From NCBI GenBank assembly GCA_951406725.2, contig OX597838.1:14508001-14572000 (forward strand): DNA of 64,000 bases, written 5' to 3'. The notes below the pieces were generated by a model, which saw only the letters and a list, made by a program, of their open reading frames with translations, was not told where the DNA came from and did not search any database. The translations under genes were made by a program, and so were the position numbers. The stretch is from Octopus vulgaris (taxonomy: Eukaryota). Positions 58,790 through 64,000 of this stretch are shown piece by piece; the stretch's first letter is position 1; every line of letters starts with the position of its first letter.

Positions 58790-58971
58790 TATATATATAT
58801 AAGTATTCAAATGTGTGTGTATTTTTATTTTATATTTATATTTATTTATAACTTAACATTATCTACTTTATAATCTTTGATGAAGCCGAAGCCTAGAGAT
58901 ATACCCGAGTACCTCATTTTCATCTGCCTATTACTTCACCCCACTTGAGTAATAAAGGTAGAATTAAAGAA

Positions 58972-59239
58972 TTAAGGAGAAGAAAGCCTTTCATTTAAAC
59001 TTGTCGGTGACATGGCGCCATGTTCGAACATGGAATGTTGTTCCCTCATTTTCCTTGAGAATGTGCGCCCATAGCGTGCAGTGATGCCACACGCTGATAA
59101 CTGAGTGATGAAACGGCCTGTAATGTTGAAGTGGGTGACAAAAGGTTAGCCAGAGATGAGTAGTAATATGGTTTGAATAGGCTCCTGGAGGCAATCGGCA
59201 AAGCATTGTCCTGTCTCACCGATAGTAAAGGGTACTGCA
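58972..59239 (-). pseudogene. Penelope-like element GIY-YIG endonuclease fragment
   Basis: CSTLY/IGETGQCFADCLQEPIQTILLLISG*PFVTHFNITGRFITQLSACGITARYGRTFSRKMREQHSMFEHGAMSPTSLNERLSSP* matches the PLE pattern YIGET..R..EH...HF...RE..I...P.GLN; one frameshift and one stop. Confidence 0.75.
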
Positions 59240-59257
59240 AATTTGCCTATACTCTAC

Positions 59258-59660
59258 TCTCTTACTCTTTTACTTGTTTCAGTCATTTGACTGCGGCCAT
59301 GCTGGAGCACCGCCTTTAGTCGAGCAACTCGACCCCGGGACTTATTCTTTGTAAGCCCAGTACTTATTTTATCGGTCTCTTTTGCCGAACCGCTAAGTGA
59401 CGGGGACGTAAACACACCAGCATCGGTTGTCAAGCAATGCTAGGGGGACAAACACAGACACACACACACACACATATATATATATACATATATACGACAG
59501 GCTTCTTTCAGTTTCCGTCTACCAAATCCACTCACAAGGCATTGGTCAGCCCGAGGCTATAGCAGAAGACACTTGCCCAAGGTGCCACGCAGTGGGACTG
59601 AACCCGGAACCATGTGGTTGGTTAGCAAGCTACTTACCACACAGCCACTCCTGCGCCTAT
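59258..59660 (-). mobile_element. SINE family B, full length
   Basis: Near-identical to other young B copies. Confidence 0.92.
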
Positions 59661-60180
59661 GATGTAATTTATAAGGTTAGACGAGGTGAAAGAGAAATTT
59701 TGAGTAATATGAGATTGTGGCGGTCGTAGTATGATTAATGTAAGGGCAGATGTTGCCTCGTCGGCAAGCACATTTGTAACTATCGGATTTGTAGAGTTTC
59801 AAACTAGATTTCTGAGGTTCGTATCTGTTTTAAAGAAGAGGAGAGAGGTGGTACAGGAAAGAAAGAAGTGGTTCCGGTGTCAGAAGTATAATGCAAAGGT
59901 TGCGGATGAGTTTATATTTCAGTGGAAGGGCGAACGGTTAGAAGGTGAGAGAGAGAGAGAGAGAGAGAGTGGAATACGATCAGTAGACGTGTGTAGAGAC
60001 GGTAGGAGAGCGGTGGCGCAGTCGATGGCTTTGGCCTGGCAGAATGCCAGTCCACAACAGATCGGGAATGCCTTTGACTCAGGAAGAATTCTCACATTGT
60101 TGGGTATTAGAAATCGACATCTGAATCAATGCTGCAGAGCTGGAGAAGGAATTGAAAAATAAATAAATAAATAAATAAAT

Positions 60181-60252
60181 GGCCGGATAACTGAAGAGAT
60201 GGTGGCGTGGGTTTCCACCCAGAAATTCGAAACTCGGAGTTTTATCATGGCT
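60181..60252 (+). ncRNA. Type I hammerhead ribozyme motif with intact core
   Basis: ggccggataa-CTGAAGA-ga..ggtgg/ccacc..tc-GAAA-ctc g gag-TT-ttatcatggct. Confidence 0.7.
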
Positions 60253-60350
60253 ACCGAATAATTGTCACATATTACATTTACAGATAAATTCCTCTATTTA
60301 CATAATATCGAGGTCTCTTTCATTCTTTTGTTGTCTTACCATTTCTATCA

Positions 60351-60454
<104 letters not shown>

Positions 60455-60475
60455 GAGAGAGAGAGAGAGAGAGAG

Positions 60476-60578
<103 letters not shown>

Positions 60579-61300
60579 CAGACAGAAAGACAGAGACAGT
60601 GAGACAGAAAGAGAGACATAGAGAGAGGGATAACGGTAAGTGTAACCAAGAGCAAAAAGAGTGCGAAGGGATTTGGTGACAATATTTCCCAAGAACTGTG
60701 TGGAGAGAAATACTATTTCTGTTCGTTGTCAAAATTATTTATTGACAAATCTTTCTCTGCTTCATCCTTCAGTCATTTATTTTACAAAATTGTTCTTTAT
60801 TGAAAAACTTCAACGGCGAATGTACTTTTATACACCAAAGAACTGCTTCGAAACACAAACTGTGCTAAATAGGAATCATCTCAAGAGATGGGAATTAAGA
60901 TGAAGGAAGTGAAATGGCGTAGAAAAGACGATATAGATAATGGAGAAGTAATAATTTCTTTTTCTGTTTTTTTTTTTTTTTTTAAATATAATGAACTTTA
61001 TTAGTTTATAATAAATTTTAAAAATTTTGTTTGATATAATTTGTTAGATTTTCGACTGAACTTTTCATTCCTTTGTTTTTTGTTGTTGTTTTTTTTTTGT
61101 TTTTGTTTTTGTTTTTTTTACTTTGACTTTCACCTAAAAATCTTGAGGCAGCCCCCCCTGATTATGCTTCACTTCCGGGCAATCGAGAAAGTCAAATGAA
61201 ATAATTAAGAATTAGAGGAGAAGACTGCAACTCGAACCAACCAACCGAACGTTCAATTTGCATCTGTGTAAGTGTGCGTGTACGAATGAACATACATACA

Positions 61301-61336
<36 letters not shown>

Positions 61337-61340
61337 TATA

Positions 61341-61381
<41 letters not shown>

Positions 61382-61610
61382 GCATATATATATATGTGTG
61401 AATGTATATATACGTGCACACGTACGCACGCACGGATACACTGACTCTAACACACGCATCATCATACATCAGTGAGCCAGCAGCTATCGACTATCGTATT
61501 CCAAACGACGGTTAATCACGTTATGACGTCATGGAAGGTTAAAAGAATCAATAGTTTACAATTGATTAGCTGTTCAAATATCGATCAATCGAAACTACAT
61601 CTTGTAAAAC

Positions 61611-61660
61611 AACGATGACGACGATGATGGTGGTGGTGACGATGATGATGACGATGATGG

Positions 61661-61691
<31 letters not shown>

Positions 61692-62030
61692 GATGATGGT
61701 GATGATGATAATGATGATGATGATGGTGATGATGACGACGACGACGATTATGTTGATGATGATGATGATGATGATGATGTTGAGGATGAGGATGATGATA
61801 ATAATAATAATAATAATAATAACAGAAACAACAGCAACCACAACAGTATTGATGGTGATGATAATAACAATAATAATAATATTAATAATAATAATAACAA
61901 TAATAATAATAATAATAATAACAACAATAATAATAATAATAACAATAATAATAATAATAATAACAATAATAATATTAATAATAACAACAATAATAATAAT
62001 AATAACAACAACAATAATAATAATAATAAC

Positions 62031-62065
<35 letters not shown>

Positions 62066-62069
62066 CAAA

Positions 62070-62107
<38 letters not shown>

Positions 62108-62117
62108 TAATAATAAC

Positions 62118-62161
<44 letters not shown>

Positions 62162-62181
62162 TAATAATAATAACAACAATG

Positions 62182-62250
<69 letters not shown>
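61611..62250. repeat. (ATG)n/(AAT)n arrays
   Basis: Directly visible. Confidence 0.95.
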
Positions 62251-62343
62251 CTCTATAGCCATTAAATTAGTTGTTTTTTAAACAAACCAATCAATGGTTT
62301 CCATTAGTTTTCCACTGAACTCGTTTAGCAATTAGGTATTTGT

Positions 62344-62388
<45 letters not shown>

Positions 62389-62483
62389 TGTGTCTGTGTC
62401 TATGTCTGTGCTATAATGTGTTGTTATTAAATGTGTGTATGGGGGTTAGAATATGTAACGGTTTGTATAATATGTGTATTGCA

Positions 62484-62544
<61 letters not shown>

Positions 62545-62873
62545 GCCTGTTTATTGTGTAGCCTGTGAGGGTATATAAAGTGAGATACATGTATCAGCTT
62601 TAAAAGAGTATTGGAGATCTTAGTTGTGCTACCGTGTGAGACCATGGATCTCCACCGAGAAAGCTACACTCCAAGGCGCAATCCTAAGCAATTTTTTAAA
62701 TAGAAGACTGAAAGCTGCTTATGCATAGAAGCCTACCCTTTCTATATCACCGATTGCTATCCAGTGGGAAAAGCATGGGTCCATACACCTTGGTATCATT
62801 GTCATCTCCTGTGATCCTGTCAGAGAACAAAGAACCGTAACAAATATGGTAAGGCATCTTAGTTAGTTTCTTA

Positions 62874-64000
62874 GTTACCTTCTCGAGTCAAAAGGGGCTG
62901 TTTCCCGGTTTCAGTGGCATAGAAATTCCCCACCTGGACGGGACGCTTGTCCGTCGCAGGATTACTCATTTTTACCAGCTGGGTGGACTGTTACCTTCTC
63001 GAGTCAAAAGGGGCTGTTTCCCGGTTTCAGTGGCATAGAAATTCCCCACCTGGACGGGACGCTTGTCCGTCGCAGGATTACTCATTTTTACCAGCTGGGT
63101 GGACTGTTACCTTCTCGAGTCAAAAGGGGCTGTTTCCCGGTTTCAGTGGCATAGAAATTCCCCACCTGGACGGGACGCTTGTCCGTCGCAGGATTACTCA
63201 TTTTTACCAGCTGGGTGGACTGTTACCTTCTCGAGTCAAAAGGGGCTGTTTCCCGGTTTCAGTGGCATAGAAATTCCCCACCTGGACGGGACGCTTGTCC
63301 GTCGCAGGATTACTCATTTTTACCAGCTGGGTGGACTGTTACCTTCTCGAGTCAAAAGGGGTTGTTTCCCGGTTTCAGTGGCATAGAAATTCCCCAGCTG
63401 GACGGGACGCTTGTCCGTCGCAGGATTACTCATTTTTACCAGCTGGGTGGACTGTTACCTTCTCGAGTCAAAAGGGGTTGTTTCCCGGTTTCAGTGGCAT
63501 AGAAATTCCCCACCTGGACGGGACGCTTGTCCGTCGCAGGATTACTCATTTTTACCAGCTGGGTGGACTGTTACCTTCTCGAGTCAAAAGGGGCTGTTTC
63601 CCAGTTTCAGTGGCATAGAAATTCCCCACCTGGACGGGACGCTTGTCCGTCGCAGGATTACTCATTTTTACCAGCTGGGTGGACTGTTACCTTCTCGAGT
63701 CAAAAGGGGTTGTTTCCCGGTTTCAGTGGCATAGAAATTCCCCACCTGGACGGGACGCATGTCCGTCGCAGGATTACTCATTTTTACCAGCTGGGTGGAC
63801 TGTTACCTTCTCGAGTCAAAAGGGGCTGTTTCCCGGTTTCAGTGGCATAGAAATTCCCCACCTGGACGGGACGCTTGTCCGTCGCAGGATTACTCATTTT
63901 TACCAGCTGGGTGGACAGCTACCTTCTCGAGTCAAAAGGGGCTGTTTCCTGGTTTCAGTGGCATAGAAATTCCCCAGCTGGACGGGACGCTTGTCCGTCG
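62874..64000. repeat. 116-bp satellite array, at least 9.7 near-identical units, continuing beyond the window
   Basis: Unit gttaccttctcgagtcaaaaggggctgtttcccgg...ccagctgggtggact with an exact 116-bp period. Confidence 0.97.

Noticed and set aside
59731-60162. 143-aa ORF
   Set aside because: It has no recognisable domain and includes a (GA)n tract; the opposite strand looks weakly like decayed LINE sequence, too weak to call.
62947-63966. Seven repeated 107-aa ORFs
   Set aside because: They are by-products of a 116-bp period, which is not a multiple of 3, in a SINE-derived satellite.

Overview
This is AT-rich eukaryotic non-coding DNA, most likely cephalopod (Octopus-like), judged from the SINE sequences and extreme microsatellite density; that assignment is recognition, not a database result. 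I can support no intact host gene, and almost every listed ORF is a microsatellite or SINE artefact. The window is a mosaic of at least five tRNA-headed SINE types that swap heads and tails, two non-autonomous Helitrons, hAT and Tc1 relics, and fragments of RTE, R4/Dong-like, CR1/Jockey-like and Penelope-like retroelements. It also holds 46-bp and 21-bp minisatellites, a SINE-derived 116-bp satellite running off the right end, and small islands rich in CRE, E-box and RFX motifs. The most notable unexplained signals are about six dispersed minimal type I hammerhead-ribozyme motifs (one forming the 3' end of a tRNA-headed SINE), a 144-nt rod-like fold capped by a hammerhead-like junction, and a near-perfect 80-bp inverted repeat. 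All alignments and folds were done by eye.
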